DNA of 64,000 bases, from the NCBI GenBank assembly GCA_044224875.1, contig JBGAJQ010000001.1:1-64000 (forward strand). The letters are read 5' to 3'. The translations under genes were made by a program, and so were the position numbers. Positions 18,241-27,942 of the stretch are shown piece after piece. The stretch is from Gemmatimonadaceae bacterium. GTDB lineage: Bacteria; Gemmatimonadota; Gemmatimonadetes; Gemmatimonadales; Gemmatimonadaceae. The notes under the pieces were generated by a model, which searched no databases, had not been told where the DNA came from, and saw only the letters and a list, made by a program, of their open reading frames with translations. The stretch's first letter is position 1; each line of letters opens with the position of its first letter.

Positions 18241-19820
18241 TGCTGCAGGCGCAGGCACCCATTGCAGCGAGCGCGCAAACGCCGGCGACGTCGATCGGCG
18301 AACCCAATGGCGTGGCGATGACCTTCTTCTTCGTATTCATCGCGATCACGTTGGGTATCACGTACTGGGCAGCACGCCGCACGCGCACCACGGAGGAGTT
18401 CTACGCTGCGGGGCGATCGATCAATGCCGGCCAGAACGGGTTGGCACTGGCGGGCGACTACATGAGCGCGGCGTCATTCCTCGGCATTGCCGGTCTGGTG
18501 TCGACCACGGGATTCGACGGACTCATTTACTCAACGGGATGGCTGGTGGGTTGGCCGGTGGTCCTGTTTCTCATCGCCGAACCGCTACGCAACCTTGGGA
18601 AGTACACGTTTGCCGACGTGGTCAGTGCGCGCCTACGGCAAACGCCGGTCCGCATCGCAGCCGCCGTGGGGACATTGGCCACGGTGCTGTTCTACCTGAT
18701 TGCTCAGATGGTTGGGGCTGGCGGGTTGATCAAGTTGATGTTCGGGATCCCCTACGAATCGGCACTGCTGATCGTGGGCGCGGCCATGTTAGCCTACGTC
18801 CTGTTCGGCGGCATGATTGCGACCACTTGGGTGCAGATCGTGAAGGCGCTGTTGCTGCTGGGTGGGGCAAGCCTCCTCGCGCTGTTGGTGCTGGCGAGAT
18901 TCGGCTTTAATCCCGTCGCGCTATTCAATGCCGCCGCCGAACGGTATGGCGTCGCCATGTTGGCCCCGGGAAAGCAGGTCGCGAATCCGCTGGACGCCGT
19001 TTCCCTCGGCATGGCGCTGATGTTCGGAACCGCTGGACTGCCGCACATTCTCATGCGGTTCTATACCGTGCCCGACGCCCGGGCCGCCCGACAGTCCGTC
19101 TTCTACGCGACCGGACTGATCGGGTTCTTCTACCTCATGACGTTCATTCTGGGTTTTGGCGCGATGGTGCTGGTTGGCCCTGAGGCGATCAAGGCGATCG
19201 ACAAGGGCGGCAACATGGCTGCACCCCTCCTCGCGGAGACGCTTGGCGGCACACCCTTCCTCGGTTTCATCGCCGCCGTCGCCTTTGCGACGATTCTCGC
19301 GGTGGTGGCCGGACTCACGCTGTCCGGGGCAGCGGCTCTCTCGCACGACCTCTGGGTCAATGTGGCACGGAAGGGACACGCCCAACCACAAGAGCAATTG
19401 CGGGTGGCGCGTATTGCCACCGTCGTACTCGGCGTGATCGCGGTACTCCTCGGAATCACGTTCAAGGGCCAGAACGTAGCGTTCATGGTTTCCCTGGCGT
19501 TTGCCATTGCTGCCAGCTCCAACTTCCCAGCAATTCTGCTGAGTGTGTTCTGGAAGCGATGCACCACGCAGGGTGTTGTGGCCAGCATGATCCTGGGAAC
19601 CAGCGCCACGTTGCTACTCATCTACCTGTCCCCAACGATCCAGGTGGATATCCTGAAGCACCCAGGAGCGTGGTTCCCGCTCAAGAATCCGGCGCTGGTG
19701 ACCATCCCACTCGCCTTCGTGATCGGGATCGGTGTTTCACTCCTCACGCGGGATCCAGCCGCCGAACAGGGCTTTGAGGTGATGGAGCGCCGCATGCACG
19801 TGGGCAGCATCCAGCCCTAG
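18237..19820 (+). CDS. actP: Cation/acetate symporter ActP (SSS family)
   Basis: QNGLALAGDYMSAASFLGI, GTAGLPHILMRFYTVP, GGNMAAP; ATGA overlap with DUF485. Confidence 0.93.
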   Translation: MMLQAQAPIAASAQTPATSIGEPNGVAMTFFFVFIAITLGITYWAARRTRTTEEFYAAGRSINAGQNGLALAGDYMSAASFLGIAGLVSTTGFDGLIYSTGWLVGWPVVLFLIAEPLRNLGKYTFADVVSARLRQTPVRIAAAVGTLATVLFYLIAQMVGAGGLIKLMFGIPYESALLIVGAAMLAYVLFGGMIATTWVQIVKALLLLGGASLLALLVLARFGFNPVALFNAAAERYGVAMLAPGKQVANPLDAVSLGMALMFGTAGLPHILMRFYTVPDARAARQSVFYATGLIGFFYLMTFILGFGAMVLVGPEAIKAIDKGGNMAAPLLAETLGGTPFLGFIAAVAFATILAVVAGLTLSGAAALSHDLWVNVARKGHAQPQEQLRVARIATVVLGVIAVLLGITFKGQNVAFMVSLAFAIAASSNFPAILLSVFWKRCTTQGVVASMILGTSATLLLIYLSPTIQVDILKHPGAWFPLKNPALVTIPLAFVIGIGVSLLTRDPAAEQGFEVMERRMHVGSIQP

Positions 19821-19888
19821 AAATCGTCCGGTTGCAGCCGGCGGTTGGCGAACGCCGCCGCCATCCCACGACGCAAGGATCGGCGCGG

Positions 19889-20704
19889 TTACTTGGCGCC
19901 CTTCGGCTTTCCCCCGAATAGCCATCCGATTCGCATCTTGAACATCGATCGAATCCCGTCGTCCGTGAGGTTGCCGCCAAGACCGATGTTCAGCACACGA
20001 CCTTCGCCGAGTGAAATGTCGGCCCCGGGGAAGATGAGTTGCGTCATTTCGTTGGCCGGCAACGGATCGGTCACCGAACCAAGCGAGCCATAGTATTCAA
20101 TCGAGAGATCGACCTTCGGGTTGAGTGCGTATCCCACCCGCACGCCAGGTTCCATGTCCCACCCGTCGTCGGACCCCGGACCGCTCAACGCACGTCCGAC
20201 GGTGGGGTTCAGGTCAATCAACCATGCTCCGAAGCCCTTCTCGATGATCGGGCGGATTTCAAGTGTGGAATGCGCTTCTTCGTACGCCGACTTCGGGAAT
20301 CCGACTTCGGTGGACAAGCTCACCTTGGCCGGCAGATTCCAGCTCTCCGGCAATCGCACACGCGGGCGAATGCGATACCCCACATACTCGGCGCCAGCGT
20401 CCGGTCGGTGAGCCAGCACGAGATAGCCCGCCAGCTCAAAGTAGTTGGTGATGCCGCGCGTCAGCTCAAACGTCAGGTGCGTCTGATGATTCGTGGGCGC
20501 CACCGTGCCCTCGAACCGCCGATTGCCACGCAGCGTGTAGTTGATGTGGGTTTCCAGGTTCCACATGCCGCGCGGCACCGTCTCGTATTCGTAAACCTGA
20601 ACCTCGAACGTGTCCTGCGCCTGGGCGCGCGTGGCGGCCGCCGTCACCATCAAAACGGCGAGGCTGAGGACGGCTGAAAGGTGTCGGCAACGAGAAGTTG
20701 GCAT
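19889..20704 (-). CDS. Secreted protein, probable outer-membrane beta barrel
   Basis: Signal peptide ending AQA-Q; amphipathic beta strands; FEVQVY motif. Confidence 0.65.
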   Translation of the reverse strand: MPTSRCRHLSAVLSLAVLMVTAAATRAQAQDTFEVQVYEYETVPRGMWNLETHINYTLRGNRRFEGTVAPTNHQTHLTFELTRGITNYFELAGYLVLAHRPDAGAEYVGYRIRPRVRLPESWNLPAKVSLSTEVGFPKSAYEEAHSTLEIRPIIEKGFGAWLIDLNPTVGRALSGPGSDDGWDMEPGVRVGYALNPKVDLSIEYYGSLGSVTDPLPANEMTQLIFPGADISLGEGRVLNIGLGGNLTDDGIRSMFKMRIGWLFGGKPKGAK

Positions 20705-20852
20705 GCGCGGGTCTACGGGGCATCTGGAATGACAAAACAACTTGATCCGGTGCGACATAAACTGCTTGCGCGCGCACACAACGCCAACGGGGGCCCAGAT
20801 CCGGCGGCACCCCTCCGGCTACCTTACCGGGCCTCTCCCTTGCCTTATGCAT

Positions 20853-22259
20853 ATGAGCGACCTGTCCAATCTCGCGCCACTTCTCGAGCGGCTCGCGGCA
20901 GAAGTCGACCGGGTCTACGATCACATTCGAGAATTGCCGGTGACTCCGCGGGTCTCAGTGCCCGACCTGCGCGCACAGGTGGCGCGGATGTTCGACTTCG
21001 AACAGGCACGAGAAGCGACAGCGGTCTTTGACGACGCCGTCGGGCTACTACGCGAGTATTCGCTTCAGGTCACGCACCCTCGCTACTTCGGCCTTTTCAA
21101 TCCCGCGGTCCTGCCGTCGACGATCGTGGCCGACGCGATCGTTGCGCTATACAACAGCCAGGCGGGGGGCTGGTCGCACGCGCCCGCCGCGAACGAGATG
21201 GAGCGCGTCGTGCTCCAGTTCCTGGCGAGATCCATGGGCTTTGCGCCGGAAACGGTCAGCGCGCACTTCACCAGCGGCGGCAACGAGGCAAATCACACGG
21301 CCGTCGTCGCGGCGCTTGGCCACCACTTTCCCGAGTGGAGTGAGGGAGGGGTGCGAGCGATCGGCGGGACACCAACGGTTTACGTCTCGAGTGAGAGCCA
21401 CCACTCGTTCTTGAAGGTGATGCGATCCACGGGGTTAGGGACCGCCGCGCTGCGAAGTATTCCGTCGGACGACCGACTGCGCTTGCAGGCAGGACCAGCG
21501 GCGGCACTGATCGAGCAGGACATCGCGGCGGGGTTGCGGCCCCTGATGCTCGTTGCCACCGCCGGGACGACGGGGGCCGGGGCGATCGACGCCATCGACG
21601 ATCTCGCAGAGGTCGCGCGGAGGTTTGGCCTTTGGTTTCACGTCGATGCGGCGTGGGGGGGCACGGCCGCCCTTATCCCCCGGTTGCGACCGCTGTTGCA
21701 AGGCATCGCGCGCGCGGACTCCGTGACCTGGGATGCCCACAAGTGGTTGAATGTCCCGTTAGGCGCTGGGATGTTCTTTACCCGGCACGAATCGGCGCTG
21801 GCGCGGGCGTTTGGCGTGGACACGGGTTACATCCCGCCCACCGAGACGGGTGCAGTGGACTTGTACAAGCACTCCATGCAGTGGTCTCGACGCTTCATTG
21901 GCCTCAAGCTGCTGTTCGTGCTTGCCGAGCATGGACGGGATGGGTTGGCGGCGCTCCTGGATGGTCAAGCTCGGATGGGCGAGCAACTTCGGGAGAGGCT
22001 GCGCGCGGCAGGTTGGCTGATCACGAACGACACGCCGTTCCCGCTCGTTTGCTTTGCGCATCCGAAGATGGGGCGCGAGCGCGCGACGACGTCGGCGTTC
22101 GTGGCCAAGGTATTGGCTCGCCAGCGCGTCTGGATATCGGAGGTGAGCCTTCCGGGCCAGGGCTGGGTGCTGCGCGCCTGCATAACGAGCTTCCGTGTGA
22201 ACGAGGGGGACTTGGAGGTTCTCGTACAGGAGCTGGAGGAGGTTCGACGCGGGAGCTAG
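20853..22259 (+). CDS. Group II PLP-dependent amino acid decarboxylase
   Basis: HPRYFG, FTSGG, TAGTT..GAID, HVDAAWGG, DAHKW (PLP lysine). Confidence 0.92.
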   Translation: MSDLSNLAPLLERLAAEVDRVYDHIRELPVTPRVSVPDLRAQVARMFDFEQAREATAVFDDAVGLLREYSLQVTHPRYFGLFNPAVLPSTIVADAIVALYNSQAGGWSHAPAANEMERVVLQFLARSMGFAPETVSAHFTSGGNEANHTAVVAALGHHFPEWSEGGVRAIGGTPTVYVSSESHHSFLKVMRSTGLGTAALRSIPSDDRLRLQAGPAAALIEQDIAAGLRPLMLVATAGTTGAGAIDAIDDLAEVARRFGLWFHVDAAWGGTAALIPRLRPLLQGIARADSVTWDAHKWLNVPLGAGMFFTRHESALARAFGVDTGYIPPTETGAVDLYKHSMQWSRRFIGLKLLFVLAEHGRDGLAALLDGQARMGEQLRERLRAAGWLITNDTPFPLVCFAHPKMGRERATTSAFVAKVLARQRVWISEVSLPGQGWVLRACITSFRVNEGDLEVLVQELEEVRRGS

Positions 22260-22433
22260 TCGCGGCGTTCGGACGGTGGGGAGGTGGCCAAGTAGGGTCT
22301 GGGCCGTCCTTGCATGTCGGGGCCCCGCTGCGGTGGGTGGGGAGTGGGCCGTCGCAAACGATTGCTATCCGACAGTCCGGCACGCGCAGGGGCATTCCCC
22401 ATTCCCCTAGTGTTTCGCCGCCGCCATTATCCC

Positions 22434-24596
22434 ATGCCTATGCCTGTCGACCGAACCAAGATTCCGTACCTCCCCGAGCGGATTGAAGGGCTCGCGGCGG
22501 TTGCGACGAATATTTCGTGGAGCTGGAACCACATAGCCCGTCAGCTCTTCGCCTTGATTGACGAACCTTTGTGGCATCTGACACGCCACAATCCGATCTC
22601 GGTGCTCCGGCGCATCGATCCAGGGCGGCTCAGCGAGTGCGCGCGAGATCCGAAGTTCCTGGATCTGTATGATCGGGTCATGGAAGACCTCACGCGTGAG
22701 TCAACCGCCGGAGGTACCTGGTTCGCGAAGGAGTGCAGCGACCTGACGACGCAGAAGATCGCGTACTTCTGCGCGGAGTTCGGGCTACACAACTCGGTGC
22801 CGATCTATTCGGGGGGCTTGGGGATTCTGGCCGGGGATCACTGCAAGGCGTCGTCGGACTTGGGTGTACCGCTGGTGGGCATTGGGTTGTACTACCAGCA
22901 CGGCTACTTCGACCAGAAGTTGCGGTTGGACGGTTGGCAGGAGGACTCGGAGGAACAGTTCGATGTGGCCAACACGCCGCTGGAGCGTGTGCTCGGGCCC
23001 GGTCGCGAGATGTTCCTGACGCGCGTAAAGACCTTCGGTCGTGATGTGCACGTCGGGGCGTGGCGCATGCAGGTGGGGCGCGTTCCGGTGTATTTGCTGG
23101 ACACCGATCTCGACCTGAACGACCCCGCTGATCGCGAACTGACGTCGAAGCTGTATGCCGGCGGCCCGGACGTTCGACTGCGTCAGGAGTGGATCCTGGG
23201 TATTGGCGGTGTTCGCGTCCTGCGGGCCGTTGGGATTTCGCCGACGGCGTGGCATGCGAATGAAGGGCACGCGGCGTTCATGCTGGTGGAGCGAGTGCGC
23301 GAGCTGACGAAGGAGGGGGTGTCGTACGAGGAGGCGGTGAAGCGCGTGCGGGCATCCAGTGTGTTCACGACGCACACGCCGGTACCGGCTGGGCACGACA
23401 CGTTCTCCTTCGAGCAAGTGGAGAAGTGCAGCGGCCCGATGTGGGAGGAGATGGGGATCACGCGCGAGACGTTCCTCGAGATCGGGCAGCATCCCACGGA
23501 GGAGAAGGACTCCTTTCACATGACCGTCACCGCGTTGCGGCTGTCGAAGCATGTGAACGGGGTGGCCAAGCGACACGGCGAGGTGTCCCGTCAGATCTGG
23601 GCGCCCCTCTGGCCCGAGCGTCAGGTTGAACGTGTCCCGATCGGGCACGTCACGAATGGCGTTCATCTCGAGACGTGGATGGCCAAGGAGATCATGGAAT
23701 TGCTGGACACCCAACTGGGACCCGAGTGGCCATACAAGATCCATGACCTGGCGATGTGGGACCGCGTATTGGAGATGGACGACCGATCGCTCTGGGCCGT
23801 GCACACGGAGCTCAAACGCGGCGTCTTCAGCTTCATTCGTGAGGAGGCTCGGCGACGCTGGGCGCGGCACTGGAAGGAAGCCACGCACGTGGTAGGGGCC
23901 GGCACCCTGTTGAATCCTGACGTGCTGACCATTGGTTTTGCGCGCCGCTTTGCCACGTACAAGCGAGCGGACCTGGTCTTCCGCGACATCGAGCGGCTGC
24001 GAGCGCTGCTGGTGAACTCGTCGCGTCCGGTACAGATCGTCTTTGCCGGCAAGGCCCATCCGGCGGATACGCCGGGCAAGGAAGTATTGCGCACGGTGTA
24101 TTCGTTCACGCGCGATCCCAAGCTGGAAGGCCGGGTGGCGTTCATCGAGGACTACGAGTTGCACCTGGCGCATCGACTGGTCCAGGGCGTGGACCTCTGG
24201 TTGAACCTGCCGAGGGTGCCCATGGAGGCGAGCGGGACCAGTGGCATGAAGGCGGCCATGAACGGCGTGCCGCAACTGTCCACGTTGGACGGATGGTGGC
24301 ACGAGGGCTACGACGGGTTGAATGGCTGGGCCATTCCGCCAGCCTCATCGCGCGCGACCCCGGACGAATGGGATGCGGAGCGCTTCTACTCGATTCTCGA
24401 GGATCAGGTGGTGCCGCTCTTCTACGAGCGGGACGAGCATGGCGTACCGGTCGGTTGGCTGGAGAAAATGAAGCATGCGATACGTGTGGCCGGCCAGCAG
24501 TTCACGGCGCAGCGGATGCTGACCCAGTATGTCCGGCAGCACTATGCGCCTGCCATGCGCGGCGATGGGCAACCGGACGACCCACCGACCGCCTAA
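22434..24596 (+). CDS. glgP: Alpha-glucan (glycogen) phosphorylase
   Basis: AYFCAEFG, YSGGLG.LAGD, HANEGH, FTTHTPVPAGHD, FARRFATYKR, EASGTSGMKA. Confidence 0.97.
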   Translation: MPMPVDRTKIPYLPERIEGLAAVATNISWSWNHIARQLFALIDEPLWHLTRHNPISVLRRIDPGRLSECARDPKFLDLYDRVMEDLTRESTAGGTWFAKECSDLTTQKIAYFCAEFGLHNSVPIYSGGLGILAGDHCKASSDLGVPLVGIGLYYQHGYFDQKLRLDGWQEDSEEQFDVANTPLERVLGPGREMFLTRVKTFGRDVHVGAWRMQVGRVPVYLLDTDLDLNDPADRELTSKLYAGGPDVRLRQEWILGIGGVRVLRAVGISPTAWHANEGHAAFMLVERVRELTKEGVSYEEAVKRVRASSVFTTHTPVPAGHDTFSFEQVEKCSGPMWEEMGITRETFLEIGQHPTEEKDSFHMTVTALRLSKHVNGVAKRHGEVSRQIWAPLWPERQVERVPIGHVTNGVHLETWMAKEIMELLDTQLGPEWPYKIHDLAMWDRVLEMDDRSLWAVHTELKRGVFSFIREEARRRWARHWKEATHVVGAGTLLNPDVLTIGFARRFATYKRADLVFRDIERLRALLVNSSRPVQIVFAGKAHPADTPGKEVLRTVYSFTRDPKLEGRVAFIEDYELHLAHRLVQGVDLWLNLPRVPMEASGTSGMKAAMNGVPQLSTLDGWWHEGYDGLNGWAIPPASSRATPDEWDAERFYSILEDQVVPLFYERDEHGVPVGWLEKMKHAIRVAGQQFTAQRMLTQYVRQHYAPAMRGDGQPDDPPTA

Positions 24597-24600
24597 CGCC

Positions 24601-26169
24601 ATGCCTCCCCGCCGACCGTCCAAGACGCCGCATGCCGGCGTGCCCAAGGTGGCGGCGGACGCAGCGCCGGCGGGATACCCGCTGACGCACCCGGCAACCA
24701 GCGAAGCCGTCACGGTGGTGCACCTGGCGGCCGAACTGGCGCCGTTTGCGCGCACCGGCGGTCTGGGTGAAGCGGTATCCAGCCTCGCGCACTTCCAGGC
24801 CCGCGCCGGACTTCGTGTCATCATCATGTTTCCGTTGTACCGGCAGGCGCGCGAAGTGGTCACCGACTTGGAACCGGTGGGCGACAAGTACACCGTCGTG
24901 GTCGGGCCGCGGACAGAGGAAGCCCAGCTGTTCGAGTCACGAGCGCTCAAGTCGAACCCGGATCACGACAGGCCACGCATCATCTTCGTGGCAAACCCCG
25001 GGTACTTCGACCGCGACCAGATCTATGGAGATGCACGCGGCGACTATCCCGACAACCATCGGCGGTTCGCGTTCTTCTCGCTGGCTGCGCTGGCCGCCTT
25101 GCCGCAATTGGCGAAGGCGCCGGTACTGCTGCATGCGCACGACTGGCACATGGCCCTGGCGCCGATCTACCTCCGCGTCTACGAGGACGGCCACGACTAC
25201 TACCGGCGGATGTCCTCCGTGCTCACAGTGCATAACGCGGGATATCAGGGTCACTTCCCGCCCGAGGTCCTTGCCGACGTCGGCCTGCCGTGGGAGATCT
25301 ACAACTATCACCAGCTGGAGTGGTACGACCGCGTCAATTTCCTCAAGGGCGGGTTGTCATTCGCCGATGCGGTGACGACCGTATCGCCATCACACGCCCA
25401 CGAATTGCGCACGCCAGCCGGCGGTTTTGGCCTGCACGACCACTTCATTTCCCTGCGCGACCGATTCGTCGGGATCGTGAACGGAATCGATCAGCAGGAG
25501 TGGGATCCTTCGTCCGACCCGTACATCACCGCGCGATTTTCGCGCGACGACCTCTCGGGGAAGAAGAAGTGCAAGGCGGCGTTGCAGCGCATCTTCGGAC
25601 TGCCGCAGCGCGCGCGCACGCCGATCTTCGGCATGAGCGCACGGATGGTCTACCAGAAGGGGTTGGACCTGATCCTCAGCTCGCCGCGCTTTCTCTCACT
25701 GGATGCGCAGTTCCTGTTTCTGGGCCAGGGCGAGCGGCGCTACGTGGATATCCTCACCGAGCTGGCACTCCGCGCGCCAGGTCGCATCGGGGTCCAGACC
25801 AACTTCACGACAAAACAGGAACACCGGTTGCTGGCCGGTGCCGACCTGCTGGTGATGCCATCCCAGTACGAGCCTTGCGGCCTTACCCAAATGCGTGCCC
25901 AACGCTATGGCGCGCTGCCCGTGGCGCGGAAAGTCGGCGGACTCGCCGACACCATCGAGGACGGGATCACCGGCTTCCTGTTCGACGCCTTCAGCACCAA
26001 CGACTTTCTCAGTGCCGCCATCCGGGCGATCGACCACTACAACCACCCGGCCGTTTTTCAGGCGATGCAACGGGAAGCCATGTCTCGTGAATTCGGCTGG
26101 GAGCGATCGGCCGCCCGCTACCTCGATCTCTACCGCCGAGTGCTGCAATCGCCGCGCTTCAGTCGCTGA
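24601..26169 (+). CDS. glgA: Glycogen synthase (GT5)
   Basis: ELAPFARTGGL, HAHDWH, TVHNAGYQG, QKG.D, MPSQYEPCGLTQM. Confidence 0.95.
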   Translation: MPPRRPSKTPHAGVPKVAADAAPAGYPLTHPATSEAVTVVHLAAELAPFARTGGLGEAVSSLAHFQARAGLRVIIMFPLYRQAREVVTDLEPVGDKYTVVVGPRTEEAQLFESRALKSNPDHDRPRIIFVANPGYFDRDQIYGDARGDYPDNHRRFAFFSLAALAALPQLAKAPVLLHAHDWHMALAPIYLRVYEDGHDYYRRMSSVLTVHNAGYQGHFPPEVLADVGLPWEIYNYHQLEWYDRVNFLKGGLSFADAVTTVSPSHAHELRTPAGGFGLHDHFISLRDRFVGIVNGIDQQEWDPSSDPYITARFSRDDLSGKKKCKAALQRIFGLPQRARTPIFGMSARMVYQKGLDLILSSPRFLSLDAQFLFLGQGERRYVDILTELALRAPGRIGVQTNFTTKQEHRLLAGADLLVMPSQYEPCGLTQMRAQRYGALPVARKVGGLADTIEDGITGFLFDAFSTNDFLSAAIRAIDHYNHPAVFQAMQREAMSREFGWERSAARYLDLYRRVLQSPRFSR

Positions 26170-26178
26170 GCAGCGCCC

Positions 26179-27942
26179 ATGCATCAGACCGACTTTGTCC
26201 TGATGCTGCACTCACACCTGCCGTACGTCCTGAACCACGGTCGGTGGCCACACGGGAGCGACTGGCTCTGCGAAGCGGCGATCGACACCTACCTGCCGCT
26301 CGTTGAGGTCCTTCGCCGGCTCGAACGGGACAACATCGCGGCTCCGGTGACGATTGGGTTCACTCCCGTGCTGGCCAACCAGCTCGAACACCCGACCTTC
26401 CAGCGGGAGCTCGACGATTACTTCTCGCAACGTCTGGCTGCGTGCGACGAGGCCCCAGCGTCCCTGCAGGAGACGAACGACGAACACCTGCTACCGTTGG
26501 TTGCGTTCTGGCGCCGACGATTGCTGCGCCTGCGCGATTTGTTTCAGGAACTTGGGCATGACCTGACGGGGGAGTTTCGCCGGCTGCAGGACAAGGAGCG
26601 CCTCGAGATCACCAGCGCACCGGCCACGCACCCGTTTCTTCCCCTGGCGGGGCGCGACGAGAGCATTCGGTTGCAGCTGCATCTTGGGCGCGCCGAGCAC
26701 CGGCGGGTGTTCGGACGTGAACCGGAGGGTTGCTGGCTTCCCGAGTGCGCGTATCGCGGGGCAGGTCCCTGGCGTCCCATGCCCGACGCCGCGCCCCGAG
26801 GTGTCCGCTCCGGCCTGGAAACGCACGTGTCCGAGGCCGGGTACCGGTACGTTTTCGTGGACTCCCACATGGCTCGCGCCGGCCTCCCGTTAGGTATCTA
26901 TGGCGAGCTCTTTGGGGGAGAGGCGGAGCATGTGGCCATGGGCGATGCATCAGATGCCATGCAACAGGCACCCCGTACGCCGTATCGCGCCTATCGCGTG
27001 ACGGGGCCGAACGCCCCCGTGCCGGTTGCCGCCCTGGTGCGTGACCCCGTGGCGTCCATGCAGGTCTGGAGCCGGCATGGCGGATATCCCGGCGCCGCCG
27101 CGTACTTGGAGTTCCACAAGATCCGGTGGCCCGGCGGCCTGCGGCTCTGGCGCGTCAGCCACAACGGCACCGAGCTCGGCGACAAGCAGCCATATGAACC
27201 GCACCTCGCGCGTCGCGAAGCGCACTCGCATGCGGTGCACTTCGCGCAACTCCTCGACGCGCAGGCCGCTTCCTATGGTACCGGTGCAGACGGCGTCATG
27301 GTCGCCCCGTTCGATACGGAGCTGTTCGGCCACTGGTGGTTCGAAGGGCCAGACTTCCTCGGCGACGTGTACGCGACGTTACCGCGATATCGGCGCTTGC
27401 GAGCAACAACCGCCAGCGAGCACCTCGACGCCCACAGTACATCGCACGGCCTCCAACTCGCCGATGGCTCCTGGGGCAAGGACGGCGACTACTCGATGTG
27501 GATGAATCCGCAGGTCGCATGGACCTGGCCCGAGATCTGGGCGATCGAGGAAGACTTCTGGTCCGTGGCGCCCGACGCGCTCGCGCGCTCCGATCTTCAC
27601 GACATTCTGGCTCAAGCGGCGCGCGCCATGTTGCTGCTTCAGTCCTCCGACTGGCAGTTCATCATGTCGACCGGCGAAGTCCAGGACTACGCCATCCAGC
27701 GCTTCCACGGACATGCGGCAGATGCGCGCGAGCTAATCGCCGCGCTGCGACTGGGCCTGTCGGGTCGGGACACCACGCGCGGCCATGCCATCGCCGCAGT
27801 GCAACACGAGCGCGACAACCTCTTCACCACGATTCTCCCGTCGATCGCGGCCGCCATGCAACGCCACGTGGTGCGCGTCGTGATCGAAGCCACGCCTGTG
27901 GCCACCAACGGCGATGGGTCGACCGAGCCACTGCCCACCTGA
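26179..27942 (+). CDS. GH57 1,4-alpha-glucan branching enzyme (DUF1957 C-terminus)
   Basis: LHSHLPYV, WLCEAA..TY.P, WLPECAY (nucleophile), FDTELFGHWWFEG (acid/base), LLQSSDWQF. Confidence 0.92.
   Translation: MHQTDFVLMLHSHLPYVLNHGRWPHGSDWLCEAAIDTYLPLVEVLRRLERDNIAAPVTIGFTPVLANQLEHPTFQRELDDYFSQRLAACDEAPASLQETNDEHLLPLVAFWRRRLLRLRDLFQELGHDLTGEFRRLQDKERLEITSAPATHPFLPLAGRDESIRLQLHLGRAEHRRVFGREPEGCWLPECAYRGAGPWRPMPDAAPRGVRSGLETHVSEAGYRYVFVDSHMARAGLPLGIYGELFGGEAEHVAMGDASDAMQQAPRTPYRAYRVTGPNAPVPVAALVRDPVASMQVWSRHGGYPGAAAYLEFHKIRWPGGLRLWRVSHNGTELGDKQPYEPHLARREAHSHAVHFAQLLDAQAASYGTGADGVMVAPFDTELFGHWWFEGPDFLGDVYATLPRYRRLRATTASEHLDAHSTSHGLQLADGSWGKDGDYSMWMNPQVAWTWPEIWAIEEDFWSVAPDALARSDLHDILAQAARAMLLLQSSDWQFIMSTGEVQDYAIQRFHGHAADARELIAALRLGLSGRDTTRGHAIAAVQHERDNLFTTILPSIAAAMQRHVVRVVIEATPVATNGDGSTEPLPT

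Noticed and set aside
22319..22348. G-run cluster upstream of glgP as a possible G-quadruplex
   Set aside because: One long loop and a competing GGGGCCCC pairing; such runs are common at this GC content.
22785..24302. 505-aa antisense ORF inside glgP
   Set aside because: Shadow ORF expected from high-GC codon bias; no recognisable motifs; fully overlaps a confident gene.
27336..27941. Apparent 200-aa N-terminal extension making a 911-aa GH57 protein
   Set aside because: Overlaps the branching-enzyme gene in another frame and is Arg-rich noise; TGATG coupling supports the start at 27942.
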